From Desulfurococcaceae archaeon (lineage in GTDB: Archaea; Thermoproteota; Thermoprotei_A; Sulfolobales; Desulfurococcaceae), in contig JAWBBW010000002.1 in assembly GCA_038824035.1 (NCBI GenBank), positions 90,497 through 154,496 on the forward strand: a stretch of 64,000 nt of DNA, read 5' to 3'. Every line of letters begins with the position of its first letter. Position 1 is the stretch's first letter. The position numbers and the translations under genes are program-made. Below are positions 36,301 through 47,298 of the stretch, one piece after another. Below the pieces are notes generated by a model. It did not search any database, was not told where the DNA came from, and was given only the letters and a program-made list of their open reading frames with translations.

Positions 36301-38750
36301 TTCAAGACCTGTAAGTATATACCACCCCCTATGTCGATAACTCCCCCTGATGGTTTGACATCATATAGCTCTACTTTTTCCAGTCGATGTAGATCGATCA
36401 ATTCCTGTACAACGCTCTGGAGATCTCTTGGAATAAATACTAACGCCTTAAGTGGTTGTGAAAGCTTCATGCCAGATCTCTTTTTATATGTCCATATAGC
36501 TGAGTTAGCTTTCTGAACCTTCCATGCCAATTCAACATCTGTTGTTAAGTATTTCTCCTCAATTTTGGGGAACAACTGAGCATGTACAGAAGTACCGTAC
36601 ATCTCCCTATAAATAGCATCTGTTATAAATGGCATAATTGGAGACAGCATTATCAGTAATCTCTTCAGTACATAGTGCAGTGTATACCAAACTGCTTTTT
36701 GCTCCTCAGCTGAATATTTACCATCTCTGTTATAAGCACGTGACTTGGTTAATTCTATATAATGTGAGGCAAAGTAATTCCACATAAACTGATATAGTTC
36801 ATTGATAGGTACATATACATCCAACTCGCTATATGCTTTATCCACTATGTTTATTATATTGTTCAGTAAAGCTAATGTTACCTTATCAATATCTCTAAAC
36901 TTGCACTCATCTTCATTTGGTTCAGGAAAACTTGATATATATCTCGCAATGTTCCATAGTTTTGTGGCAAACAGTAATCCCGCTTTGACAACATTTTCGT
37001 TAAACCTGTAATCATAGCCCAATTTAGCACTTATTGCTGCCCAATATCTGAACGCGTCTGCTCCATATTTTTCAATAATGGGGTCAGGATCTATTACATT
37101 GCCCTTTGATTTATGCATGGCCTCTCCTTTCTCATCTAATCCCATTCCAGTTAAACGTACCCATTTAAACGCTGGCTTACCGAGTAATTGATAAACTCTG
37201 AGTATTGTGTAGTAAAGCCATGTCCTTATGATATCTACTCCTTGTGGCCTAATTGTATTTTTAAAAGCTTTCTCGAATAATACGTTATTCCTCATATAAC
37301 CGGTTACATATAAAACACTTATACTGCTGTCAAACCATGTATCAAATACTTTCTTTTCTCCTTTCAAATACTCTCTTGGAGCATTGCATATAGGGCATTT
37401 ATCCCAAGGCGGTGGGTCTATCCATGGCCTATAATATTTACCGGGTTCTGGTATCAATGCATTTCCACATTTCTCACATCTCCACAGTGGTACTTCTGTC
37501 GCGTAATATCTATCACGGCTTATAGGCCAATCAGTGGTTATGTTATTTATCCAGTCAATCAACTTTTTCTTATGCATTTCTGGTCTAAACGTTATTTCTT
37601 CTAATATTCTCAATAATTGGTCCTTAAACTCCAATTGCTTGAGGAACCATTCCTTGGCGTGAATTATCTGGATAGGTGTTTTACATCTCCAACATACTGG
37701 GATATTGTGTTTGATCCTTTCCATTTTCTCAAGGAAACCCATTTCACTCAGTAGTTTCACCACCTTTCTCCTCGCCTCTTCAATTGTCAAGCCAGCTAGT
37801 GGTCCCGCATTATCTAATAAAATACCGTTTTTATCTATGATAACCGTGGGTTCTAAGCCAAGTTCCCTGAATATTTTGACATCTAAATGGTCTCCATAAC
37901 TACATACCATTACTATGCCTGTTCCGAACCCTGGGTCAACACTATCATGTTCATATATTGGCATTTCATGTCCATATAAGGGATTTATAGCGCGAAGATT
38001 TTTGTATTTTTTATATCTATTATCGAGGGGATTATACACTAGGGCTTTACATGATGCGAGCAGTTCTGGCCTCGTCGTAGCAACTATAATTGTTTCCTCC
38101 ATGTCCTTTACTGGGAACCTTATATAATACAAAAATCCTTCTTCCTCAACATATTCCAGCTCGGCATCGGCAAGAGTAGTCCTGCACCTAGGGCACCAAT
38201 TGACTGGCCTCTCAGTCTCATATATCAACCCACGCCTATAGAGCTCTATGAATGTTGCCTGAGTTATCTTTCTATAATCCTCACTATCAGTCCCATTAAT
38301 CCAGTAATGAAAACTACAACCGAGCCTTTTCCACACATTTACCAGCTCTTTTTCAGCATTATCCAAAAATTCTCTACAAAGTTTGAGAAAATGTAACCTT
38401 CCCTCGGGTGTTTTAGCTAACTCGTGGGGATTAATGCCATATTTCTTCTCAACTTGAACTTCGACGGGAAGCCCATTTCTATCAGCGTAAAATGGTACCA
38501 TTACATTGTAGCCCTTGAGCCTAAAATACCTTGCAATCATATCTATTTGAGCATAATGTGCGGCACCGCCAACATGCCATTTACCACTTGCGTATGGCGG
38601 GGGAGTATCTATTGTTATTATTTCCCTGGGATCCGCTGGATCAAAGCGAAAATCGTAAATGGCTTCCTTTTCCCACAACATTAACAGATCTAGTTCCCTC
38701 CTGGGATCCCATCTCTTATCTTTTATTTTCGGCTCGAAAACGTCATGCAT
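36297..38750 (-). CDS. valS: valyl-tRNA synthetase
   Basis: IDTPPPY..G.WHVGG (HIGH variant), TTRPE, DWPISR, DTWFDSS, AMHKSKGN (KMSKS variant). Confidence 0.93.
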   Translation of the reverse strand: MHDVFEPKIKDKRWDPRRELDLLMLWEKEAIYDFRFDPADPREIITIDTPPPYASGKWHVGGAAHYAQIDMIARYFRLKGYNVMVPFYADRNGLPVEVQVEKKYGINPHELAKTPEGRLHFLKLCREFLDNAEKELVNVWKRLGCSFHYWINGTDSEDYRKITQATFIELYRRGLIYETERPVNWCPRCRTTLADAELEYVEEEGFLYYIRFPVKDMEETIIVATTRPELLASCKALVYNPLDNRYKKYKNLRAINPLYGHEMPIYEHDSVDPGFGTGIVMVCSYGDHLDVKIFRELGLEPTVIIDKNGILLDNAGPLAGLTIEEARRKVVKLLSEMGFLEKMERIKHNIPVCWRCKTPIQIIHAKEWFLKQLEFKDQLLRILEEITFRPEMHKKKLIDWINNITTDWPISRDRYYATEVPLWRCEKCGNALIPEPGKYYRPWIDPPPWDKCPICNAPREYLKGEKKVFDTWFDSSISVLYVTGYMRNNVLFEKAFKNTIRPQGVDIIRTWLYYTILRVYQLLGKPAFKWVRLTGMGLDEKGEAMHKSKGNVIDPDPIIEKYGADAFRYWAAISAKLGYDYRFNENVVKAGLLFATKLWNIARYISSFPEPNEDECKFRDIDKVTLALLNNIINIVDKAYSELDVYVPINELYQFMWNYFASHYIELTKSRAYNRDGKYSAEEQKAVWYTLHYVLKRLLIMLSPIMPFITDAIYREMYGTSVHAQLFPKIEEKYLTTDVELAWKVQKANSAIWTYKKRSGMKLSQPLKALVFIPRDLQSVVQELIDLHRLEKVELYDVKPSGGVIDIGGGIYLQVLN

Positions 38751-38834
38751 ATTCAGCTCATCCTTGGCTAAATTGTATTACTACAATGTATAATTTAATA
38801 ATTTCAGGAACTAATAATAACTCATTAATGGATT

Positions 38835-39242
38835 TTAGCGAGAAATACCGGATATGTGCGAAATTATCCACCATGATGCATCGAACATCGCCTTTACATC
38901 TTCAAAAGTCGGTTTTCTGTTCACAAACCACTTCACATTAATCACTTCACAATTATCGCTAACCATTATACCAATTACGAGGACTTTATTAATCCCTATT
39001 GTTGCAATGCTCTTTGGAATCAATGTAGGCTTTACTTCCTCTATTATCAGGCACGTGTCTTCCACGCAGGTATACTTTATATCCTGGTTATCTAGTGCAC
39101 ATCTATCTGTTTTTTTATACACATCAACCGAGACCATGTATTCGTTTTCACCAGATTTCACAACTATTGTTCTGTAGAAATCACTAAAATAATATTCATC
39201 TATATCATTGCGTTTATTCACGACGATCATCACCGCGAACAT
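38835..39242 (-). CDS. hypothetical protein
   Basis: 135-codon ORF co-oriented between the radical SAM gene and valS. Confidence 0.6.
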   Translation of the reverse strand: MFAVMIVVNKRNDIDEYYFSDFYRTIVVKSGENEYMVSVDVYKKTDRCALDNQDIKYTCVEDTCLIIEEVKPTLIPKSIATIGINKVLVIGIMVSDNCEVINVKWFVNRKPTFEDVKAMFDASWWIISHISGISR

Positions 39243-39271
39243 CGACTTATCTATATCTTCTATCTAATAGT

Positions 39272-40408
39272 TTATGACACTTGCTTATACATTATACCAA
39301 GTTTTTCAGCTATTTTATATGCAGTTAACATCTCATCCTTGTTAACCCTTCTGGATATATCGCTGTATTTTTCGGGATATTTCAAAACTAAGTGTTCTGG
39401 TCTGTATTGCTCCATTATATTGACTAATGCACGTGGTGTATGCTTGGCAATCCACTCTAACACCTTCTCAGTACAACATTCTATATGATTCGGTAAAACC
39501 AAGTGACGGATAATAATATCGCCAGAATTATGGGCTCTTTCTATGTTTCGAGTAACTATTTCCCAATATTTCCTAACTTTGCTAAATCTCCACGCACATT
39601 CATTATTACCATACTTTAGATCCGGTAACCATATGTCGATGATGTCTTCGAGAAGTTTCATGGATTCTTCACTCATATACATATTGCTATTCCAGAGTTG
39701 TGGAACATTAATATTTAAATACTTAAAACTCTCGAGAATGAATGGAATATGTGGCGTGGGATCACCCCCCACGTGATTTATGTTTCTTGCCCCTCGTTTC
39801 CTTAAATAGAACTGTATCTCAGCTAATTCTCCAGGAGTTACCCGTGCTCCTTCCCGTGCCCTTACTTGGCTGATATCGTAGTTTTGACAAAATACACACT
39901 TGAAATTACACCCACCGTAAAATATTGTACCGCTTGGCACTAGTGGAGCTTCTTCCCCCATATGATGGAAATAACTATGTACTATACAATCTCTATCTAC
40001 GAGGCATATTCCTGGTTTTCCATGCAACCTTGTGGCACCACATCGTCGTTCACAGAGATTACAGGGATTCATTAATCTATATGCAATCGATATCTTTACG
40101 TCAAGGTAACTATATTTAGGTGTTTCAAGCCTGTTTATATCCATATATTGACTTTCCTCAATCTCTTTGAGCATTTTCCTGAAAACAAGGGAGTATTTTT
40201 CGTGGATATTCCACAGCTCATTTATATTGAGCTCATTTGTATATGGGTTTATGTCGACCTCGAGTTTCTTAGCTATCAGAAATCTAGCTGGTTTTTCATT
40301 TCTCATTACCTTGTAATACCACGACAATCTATCAAGCACAATGGGATCAGACCACACATTAATAGCATCCGGCCTAATATTGATGAGTGTGATAAACCAT
40401 TCAGCCAT
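39272..40408 (-). CDS. radical SAM protein, PflX-like (PFL-activating enzyme family)
   Basis: CNLCERRC, HMGEE, GTIFYGGCNFKCVFCQN, VGGDPTP, DLKYG and IRHLVLP motifs. Confidence 0.88.
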   Translation of the reverse strand: MAEWFITLINIRPDAINVWSDPIVLDRLSWYYKVMRNEKPARFLIAKKLEVDINPYTNELNINELWNIHEKYSLVFRKMLKEIEESQYMDINRLETPKYSYLDVKISIAYRLMNPCNLCERRCGATRLHGKPGICLVDRDCIVHSYFHHMGEEAPLVPSGTIFYGGCNFKCVFCQNYDISQVRAREGARVTPGELAEIQFYLRKRGARNINHVGGDPTPHIPFILESFKYLNINVPQLWNSNMYMSEESMKLLEDIIDIWLPDLKYGNNECAWRFSKVRKYWEIVTRNIERAHNSGDIIIRHLVLPNHIECCTEKVLEWIAKHTPRALVNIMEQYRPEHLVLKYPEKYSDISRRVNKDEMLTAYKIAEKLGIMYKQVS

Positions 40409-40475
40409 TATTCACCACTATGTTTTTCTTTTGATAACGATTTTAAAATAGATAAAACCATGTCTCATCTTAGCT

Positions 40476-41108
40476 TTAAACAAGACTCGCTATCTCTCTC
40501 AGGTCTTTCACAACATATGTCGCATACTTACATGCTCTGCTACATGGCTCTATTGCTATCGATGTCCCAACGATTTTGAAAACCTCTATATCCCACTCGC
40601 TGTCACCAACATATACAACGTCTTTTAAATCTATGCCAAGAGAGTTTACTAAGTCCATTATTACTCTTGGTTTCTCCATTAAAGGTACACGAGGTATGCC
40701 TCCAGGTATTAGCTCGTCATCACGAAATATCAACTCGTTATATAAACATATATCTGCATTAATGATTTCACAAACTTTCCTAACCACGATGTCAATACCA
40801 CTACTTATTACCGCGATTAAATAGTTTTTATCCCTGAGTTTTTTGGTAACAACATCGATGTTGTCCCTTATTCTTATATTTGAAAGTGCTATCTCTACGT
40901 CTTTTTTAGTGATAGGTTTGCCATGGCTGTGTATCATTAATGCTGTATCTATCTTCATCCAATCTAAATACGATATTAATCCCTTTCTATAGAGTTCCAT
41001 AAAGTATTTGTTGTCATTGCATCCAAAGTATTTCAGGAGAATTTCCCAACTACTTTTATCCTCTATTAGTACTCCATCACAGTCAAATACTATTAGCTTC
41101 CTTTTCAA
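40476..41108 (-). CDS. HAD-IB family phosphatase (SerB-like)
   Basis: FDCDGVL, ISSG, K and YVGDSEWD HAD motifs. Confidence 0.88.
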   Translation of the reverse strand: MKRKLIVFDCDGVLIEDKSSWEILLKYFGCNDNKYFMELYRKGLISYLDWMKIDTALMIHSHGKPITKKDVEIALSNIRIRDNIDVVTKKLRDKNYLIAVISSGIDIVVRKVCEIINADICLYNELIFRDDELIPGGIPRVPLMEKPRVIMDLVNSLGIDLKDVVYVGDSEWDIEVFKIVGTSIAIEPCSRACKYATYVVKDLREIASLV

Positions 41109-41661
41109 TCGCTTTCACCATTTCAACTATTTTCCACATATTCCTGATTGGAACACTTTTCTTCATGCTTATCTCTACATCTACATTATCCCCCATGTAT
41201 CGAGCTCTAACCACAATGTTGCCACGTAATGTGAGCCTGAGACCACGCTTAGAACTTCTTACTTTAAGGGGACTAAGTTTTTCTGATAAGAAATCCTTTA
41301 AGCTAGCACTCTGCTGTCTATTAACCAAATCCACATTTCCTTTTATGTCACGTAGAACACTGTCAATGGTGTTCACAATATTCTCTATATCGGAGTATTT
41401 GGCTTTGGCATCTTCAAGTACTTCGATCAAAACATTTAAAAGGTTATTTGTCTTACAAATATTCACTATATTGGCAAAATCCTTGGACCTTAGGAACTCG
41501 GTTAGATTATTGATACTCCCATTATATGGACTAAACTTATATATATCCTCTGCTTGTTGAAACATTTTCTTTAAATCGCCTATCAATTTAGCTGAAATAC
41601 CCATTTCAATGTATTTGTTCAGGATAGGGTTTACTATGTGCCTTAGAAAATCATACCTCAT
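41083..41661 (-). CDS. hypothetical protein
   Basis: ORF overlapping the HAD gene start; ATG MRYDF after AGGAG RBS. Confidence 0.6.
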   Translation of the reverse strand: MRYDFLRHIVNPILNKYIEMGISAKLIGDLKKMFQQAEDIYKFSPYNGSINNLTEFLRSKDFANIVNICKTNNLLNVLIEVLEDAKAKYSDIENIVNTIDSVLRDIKGNVDLVNRQQSASLKDFLSEKLSPLKVRSSKRGLRLTLRGNIVVRARYMGDNVDVEISMKKSVPIRNMWKIVEMVKAIEKEANSI

Positions 41662-41754
41662 GGTAATCTCCTGAAAGCACAACATTTTAATAGGTCTTAT
41701 TTCCAATTATTGGATTTGGGAATTTTAAATCAAATGAAACATGGGTAGAAATAC

Positions 41755-42057
41755 GTGACAAAACAAGGTAAGAGATATTCATGGGATCCATATACAAGCG
41801 ATGTAGCCAGGTTAAGCATATACCCATCAATTAAAATGCCTGAAGAAGAAAGACTAGAGCCAGGTAGAATTTTAGTAGTAGAGATCAAGGATGTGGATTC
41901 TAAAGGCAATGGAATAGTGAAATACAAGGACAAGCGCATAGTAGTTTATAACGCGAGTCTTGGTTCAAAGGTCAAAATAAAGATCACAAGAGTTAACAAA
42001 GATACAGCGTTTGCTGAAATCATAGATATTCTTAGTGATGCTGACAACAGGTATTGA
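41755..42057 (+). CDS. TRAM-domain (OB-fold) RNA-binding protein
   Basis: VEIKDVDSKGNGIVK....IVVYNA.LG.KVKIKITRV....AFAEI. Confidence 0.85.
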   Translation: MTKQGKRYSWDPYTSDVARLSIYPSIKMPEEERLEPGRILVVEIKDVDSKGNGIVKYKDKRIVVYNASLGSKVKIKITRVNKDTAFAEIIDILSDADNRY

Positions 42058-42178
42058 TCAGATATGTCTTAGAAATCCAACCTCATATATAGCGAAATAT
42101 ACAAAGGAAGTTGAAGTGGAACAGGCGAACGTGTTGTTAGAAGATATTTAAAAATAAGCCTGGCTATTTAATCAAAAA

Positions 42179-42679
42179 CTATTTCTTATATCCTATTTTC
42201 CTGAGGAACTCCCAACGTTCTTTTTTATCGTCTTCTCCTTCAACCCCCAACGGTGTATATCCGTCTACAATCCCTATTATTGCTCTCCCTTGATCAGTTT
42301 CTGCCACAATTACTTGAACCGGATTTGCCGTTGCAACATAGAGCGATACTATTTCTTGTACATTTTTTAACTGGTTTAAAATGTTGATCGGGTAAGCGTT
42401 TCTAATGAATAATACAAAGGTGTGTCCAGCACCAATTTTCAACGCACTTTCAATTGCTGCCTTAACCAGTTCTTCGTCATTACCCTCATATCTAACCAAT
42501 CTTTTGCCACTTGCTTCGTTGAATGCTATACCGAATTTTATAGTGGGAACGCTTGTAACAAGGGTTTCATGAATGTCTTCCACGGTTTTTATAAAATGGC
42601 TTCTACCGATTATCACATTGGCTCCTTTGGGTATTTCTATTGGAACTATATGTATTTTTAACTCCATAGTCTCATCCAT
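42179..42679 (-). CDS. adenosine-specific kinase family (DUF355) protein
   Basis: [42 protein letters not shown] and IGYK motifs. Confidence 0.88.
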   Translation of the reverse strand: MDETMELKIHIVPIEIPKGANVIIGRSHFIKTVEDIHETLVTSVPTIKFGIAFNEASGKRLVRYEGNDEELVKAAIESALKIGAGHTFVLFIRNAYPINILNQLKNVQEIVSLYVATANPVQVIVAETDQGRAIIGIVDGYTPLGVEGEDDKKERWEFLRKIGYKK

Positions 42680-42699
42680 TAGGAAAATTAAAAATTCTC

Positions 42700-43314
42700 T
42701 TGCTAATATCTCTATTACTTGGGGTTTGTTTGAAAGTAGTTTCCAAGATCCAATTACTCACTCCAGTTAATATAAATGATAATGGGTTTCACTTACAGTT
42801 ATATAAGATAGAGGAGGAAAAGTGGATTGAAAACGACGTAGCAATAGAAAATGTTAATACTGATAAATTGCTTGAGATATCAGCGAAGGAGATCGTATCA
42901 CTAATGCCATTGATGAAAAATAGAGAAGGTTATATATTTGTTACAACAGAGTCTCCGGGGTTAAGCGTTACCATAGGCGAAGGTAATCCTCCTAAAACAG
43001 AGACAATAATATCACCTAAACCAGAGCATTTAAGGAGGATATTATTTATAAGATATGACTCAACTGGGAACACCAGAACTGTATATGAATATCGCCCTTC
43101 CATGGAAAGCGTTGTTTATGACGGCTATATATCATTGCCATCCAATGTACAATATGATATAATACTGATTGAGACATCAGATAACACCAGGATATTGTTA
43201 CCACATGAACTATATATGCCGTCGATAAAAACCCTCTCTAAACCCGCTAGAAAAATTCGCTCTAAGAGAAGGCGTCGCAAACACGGTAGAAAGAAATCGA
43301 AAAGATCGCGATGA
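42700..43314 (+). CDS. hypothetical protein with highly basic C-terminal tail
   Basis: Beta-rich body; ends [24 protein letters not shown]; start uncertain. Confidence 0.65.
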   Translation: MLISLLLGVCLKVVSKIQLLTPVNINDNGFHLQLYKIEEEKWIENDVAIENVNTDKLLEISAKEIVSLMPLMKNREGYIFVTTESPGLSVTIGEGNPPKTETIISPKPEHLRRILFIRYDSTGNTRTVYEYRPSMESVVYDGYISLPSNVQYDIILIETSDNTRILLPHELYMPSIKTLSKPARKIRSKRRRRKHGRKKSKRSR

Positions 43315-44036
43315 TCTGTATGCCTATACACATAAAGGCCAGTCCAAGCGATATAGCGTCAAATATAATAGCTGTTGGTGATCCAGAGAGAGTAGATCTT
43401 CTATCACAAGTACTACTTCAAGATGCTAAAATAGTCAATATACATCGTGGCTTTAAGATCGTCACAGGATATTATAAGGATTCTAAGATCACCATTGCCA
43501 CGCATGGTATAGGTGCACCTAGTGCAGCGATCGTTTTCGAAGAACTGTACCAGTTAGGCGCTAAGAGAATTGTAAGGTTGGGAACCACAGGTAGCTTGAG
43601 AAAAGATCTTCGGGTAGGAGACATAGTAGTAGCAAGTGGCGCCATGTATCCCATCGGTGGGTGTGGATTAGCACAATATATACCAGGCCTTTGTGGGGCT
43701 AGTTCTCCTCACCCCATATTGACATATAGAATAATGAAAACACTAGAAGAGCTCAATATTGAATTCAAATATGGCCCTGTGTTTTCAAGTGATGCTTTCT
43801 ACACAGAGGATAAAGACTTCGCTGAGAAATTGAGCAAATATGGCGTGTTATCAGTTGAAATGGAGGCAGCGGTACTGTTTATACTTGGATGGATGAGGGG
43901 CTTTGAGGCTGCCTGTGTTCTAGTTACGAGTAATACTCTATACGACAGCGTTTTTCCAATGGTTGAACATTTAACGGAAAAGTTTATTACCGTAGGCAAA
44001 GCAATAGTAGAAATGTTTAATAAATATTACAAGTGA
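43311..44036 (+). CDS. purine nucleoside phosphorylase (DeoD/PNP_UDP_1 family)
   Basis: GDPERV, THGIGAPS, RLGTTG, SSDAFY and VEMEAA motifs. Confidence 0.92.
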   Translation: MICMPIHIKASPSDIASNIIAVGDPERVDLLSQVLLQDAKIVNIHRGFKIVTGYYKDSKITIATHGIGAPSAAIVFEELYQLGAKRIVRLGTTGSLRKDLRVGDIVVASGAMYPIGGCGLAQYIPGLCGASSPHPILTYRIMKTLEELNIEFKYGPVFSSDAFYTEDKDFAEKLSKYGVLSVEMEAAVLFILGWMRGFEAACVLVTSNTLYDSVFPMVEHLTEKFITVGKAIVEMFNKYYK

Positions 44037-44072
44037 GAACAACATGAAATAGATACAGGTGGTCTCGACATT

Positions 44073-45506
44073 GTGTTGCCGCCAATTAAAATATACGATA
44101 CTCTTAGTAAGAAAGAAAAACAATTAGAGCCTGTAGAGCCAGGCATTATAAAGATGTATGTATGTGGCCCCACGGTATATGACTACTCTCATATAGGGCA
44201 TGGCCGAGTCTATGTAATTTACGATTCGTTTAAAAAGTACCTATCTATACGAGGATTTCATACGGTCCATGTGATGAACATAACTGATGTAGATGATAAG
44301 ATCATAAGGAGATCTCGCGAGGAAGGCAAGGATTGGAAGGAAATAGCAGACGAGTATACTAAAGACTATCTACAAGTACTCGAGAAATTAAGAGTACAAG
44401 TAGATCATCATCCACGTGTTACAGATCACATAAAAGACATTATAGAATTCATACAAATTCTCATAGACAAGGGGTATGCCTATGTAGCACCAAGTGGGAG
44501 TGTTTACTTCAATGTGGATTTATATGATACGTATGGGGAGTTATCAGGGCGAATAGAGAAAAAAACATGGGATCAAGAACCAGAGTTTTTAGGTGAGAAG
44601 AAAAACCCATATGATTTCGCTCTCTGGAAAGTCGCCAAACCAGGTGAACCCTATTGGGAGAGTCCCTGGGGCAAAGGAAGGCCAGGATGGCACATAGAGT
44701 GCAGTGTTATGAGTACTAGGTATTTGGGAAAGAAATTTGATATACATGGAGGAGGCACGGACCTAATATTTCCACACCATGAGAATGAAAGAGCACAAAG
44801 CGAGGCTGCATTAGGCTCTAGACCCTGGGTATCTATCTGGATGCATACCGGTTTGTTAATGGTAGGTAAAGAGAAAATGAGCAAGAGCTTAGGCAACATA
44901 ATCCCACTCAGAGAAGCCTTAAGTAAATGGGAACCGGAGGTTCTGAGGATATGGTATCTATCCACACATTATAGGAAACCACTGTATTTCAGCGAAGAAG
45001 GGCTTGAATCCGCTAAGAAATTATATGAAAGGACATTACTTGTTGAGAATATACTCAGAAAACTAAGTAAAGAAACCACAGGATTGCACTATGTAAATGA
45101 TGCAGATCTTGAATTAGCCAAAAAATTATTAAAGCTAAGACAGGAATTTCACGTAGCCCTAAGCAACGATTTCAACACCCCTGAAGCATTGGCAGTATAC
45201 AGCGAGTTCTTAACCACGATATTTCGCGATATACAATATAATCCAAAACACATATTAGTTATGCTAAGTCTTAAACTATTCAAAGAGTTCACAACTGTTT
45301 TTGGTATAGAGGGATTAGAGGAAAAGTATGGAGAAGAAGAACTAGTAAATAATTTGATCAAATTGATAATTGAAACTAGAAAGGAGCTTAGAAAACGCGG
45401 GATCTATGATTTATCTGACAATATAAGGTCAGAGCTAGCTAAAATGGGTATACATTTGTTGGACAAGGGATTAGAAACCACTTGGATCAGGCTCAGAAGG
45501 GCATAA
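44073..45506 (+). CDS. cysS: cysteinyl-tRNA synthetase
   Basis: YVCGPTVYD.SHIGH, DFALWK, GRPGWHIECS, FPHHENE, KMSKS. Confidence 0.97.
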   Translation: MLPPIKIYDTLSKKEKQLEPVEPGIIKMYVCGPTVYDYSHIGHGRVYVIYDSFKKYLSIRGFHTVHVMNITDVDDKIIRRSREEGKDWKEIADEYTKDYLQVLEKLRVQVDHHPRVTDHIKDIIEFIQILIDKGYAYVAPSGSVYFNVDLYDTYGELSGRIEKKTWDQEPEFLGEKKNPYDFALWKVAKPGEPYWESPWGKGRPGWHIECSVMSTRYLGKKFDIHGGGTDLIFPHHENERAQSEAALGSRPWVSIWMHTGLLMVGKEKMSKSLGNIIPLREALSKWEPEVLRIWYLSTHYRKPLYFSEEGLESAKKLYERTLLVENILRKLSKETTGLHYVNDADLELAKKLLKLRQEFHVALSNDFNTPEALAVYSEFLTTIFRDIQYNPKHILVMLSLKLFKEFTTVFGIEGLEEKYGEEELVNNLIKLIIETRKELRKRGIYDLSDNIRSELAKMGIHLLDKGLETTWIRLRRA

Positions 45507-45626
45507 ATCATTTCAATAATCAACTATTATTGGTCTCGATCTCGGGGGATTTTTGCGTTCATGCTAATTGCTAATTAAGATATTATTTATAAATGTTGAC
45601 GTACATAGCTATAGATCGGAAAAAAT

Positions 45627-46523
45627 ATGGCCATCAACCAAGCACATGGTTCCATGATATACTTTCTATGTGAAAATCATGACTACTGTTCCTTGTTAAG
45701 GAAAATATTTAAACAAATTGGTCTTGAACAATACATTGAATTTAATAATAGATTGAAAATAGATCTAACAGGATCCAAGATCATTTTCGCATACGTCACC
45801 GCAACAAAGTCGCAAGCGATGTTACAATACTTTAAAGAAAGGTGTCCAGAAAAATTAATCATCTTTACTGGATACGGTATTTGGAGAAATATCTATGAAT
45901 TAGGCGATCTAGTGGAGATTGCTAAGAAATGTAATCCCGTAATAATAACTCATACTACCAAGGATTACAACGCTGTGAAGAATCTTTTAAGTGATGTAAG
46001 AATATTAGATATCCCTATACATTTATTGACAGCAAGTGGTATTAGAGATCCACTTCCACATGAAGGATGTATACTTGCACACATTGATGACTGTGAATGT
46101 TTAGCGATGATCTTGGATCTTTTGTCAAAAATAGGGGTATATACACCTGTAATCAATATTAGTGCCTCCAACTGTAATCATCCACTAATAATCAATGTCA
46201 ACACTGATGATTTCTATCCATTGATCTCCTCGTCTACGTTGGGGTTAATTTCAATGAATGATACATTAGGGTTTGAGATAGAAGGATACCTACTATGGGA
46301 TTCTCGCCCCTCGATCACATGTGGCGAACTAGCCTCTGATCTCGAATATGATGAAAACCCGTTAATAAGCAAGATCAAAAGATGTGATCCTGAAATGATC
46401 TCTGAAGAGATCTTGAGGATAATAAACTCGCTAATGTCATATAAAAAACTCGGCACAGATATAACCACGATATGGAATTTTAAAGGAATTTTAAAAAATA
46501 TACTCAACGAGCTTATTACATAA
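45627..46523 (+). CDS. hypothetical protein, possible degenerate GT-B fold
   Basis: Two alpha/beta halves with GT4-like layout (IITHT..., SSTLGLI...LGFEI..YL....PSIT); weak. Confidence 0.45.
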   Translation: MAINQAHGSMIYFLCENHDYCSLLRKIFKQIGLEQYIEFNNRLKIDLTGSKIIFAYVTATKSQAMLQYFKERCPEKLIIFTGYGIWRNIYELGDLVEIAKKCNPVIITHTTKDYNAVKNLLSDVRILDIPIHLLTASGIRDPLPHEGCILAHIDDCECLAMILDLLSKIGVYTPVINISASNCNHPLIINVNTDDFYPLISSSTLGLISMNDTLGFEIEGYLLWDSRPSITCGELASDLEYDENPLISKIKRCDPEMISEEILRIINSLMSYKKLGTDITTIWNFKGILKNILNELIT

Positions 46524-46541
46524 ATATATCTAGTTCTACAT

Positions 46542-46766
46542 TCACGATTTTTGTTTCAATATTTCTTTCACTATTCCTTTAAGCTCTTCGATAGATGCAA
46601 CTTGCTTTAGCTGTGTTTTCAACTTATAGACAAGGACCTTGTTAGTGAGCCTGTCTTTTACCCTAATATAATCCAAGTCTTTAAACCTATATACATCTAG
46701 CAAATCCAAGCCATATGTATTTAAAATATTTCTTAATGAGATCACAATATTCTTAGGCATTTCCAT
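46542..46766 (-). CDS. hypothetical protein
   Basis: 74-codon ORF, typical composition. Confidence 0.6.
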   Translation of the reverse strand: MEMPKNIVISLRNILNTYGLDLLDVYRFKDLDYIRVKDRLTNKVLVYKLKTQLKQVASIEELKGIVKEILKQKS

Positions 46767-46848
46767 GTCCCGTTTTAATCACTAAATCATGTTATTCTAT
46801 AATAATTCATTGTGAAAATGAGTTTAAAAACAGGCATGGTGCAACGCA

Positions 46849-47280
46849 TTGGATAATGTGTATGTAAAATTTGGAGAGGGGTGTTTAGGGATATCGTTTA
46901 CAACAGAATCCATAGTAATCAATGGCATCAAGCTTAACATCGAGGTGCGGCCAAGAATGGTTATAATACATGGAGTTAAAGACGTAAATATTTCCCAAAT
47001 ATATCAACATAGAAAAAAGGTCATATATATACACCATGAAGGCGAACCATACAAGAACTATTATTGCGGAAACAACGTTTACACCGAGTACTCAGCCCCA
47101 GTTTTCTCACTTAAATACACGGAATTAAACGTGGGCAAGTACATCACAATGATCTTATCTCCTACTTTTTTAATTGACTACTTAGTTATAAGTGATAATA
47201 TCGTAGTGCTCATTATACCAGGTAAACGAAAAGTTTTCATGGACACATCTAAAAATACTACATCGCTATACATTGTTTAG
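46849..47280 (+). CDS. hypothetical beta-rich protein
   Basis: 143-codon ORF, TTG start after GGTG. Confidence 0.6.
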   Translation: MDNVYVKFGEGCLGISFTTESIVINGIKLNIEVRPRMVIIHGVKDVNISQIYQHRKKVIYIHHEGEPYKNYYCGNNVYTEYSAPVFSLKYTELNVGKYITMILSPTFLIDYLVISDNIVVLIIPGKRKVFMDTSKNTTSLYIV

Positions 47281-47298
47281 TTGAATTAATCTACCAGT

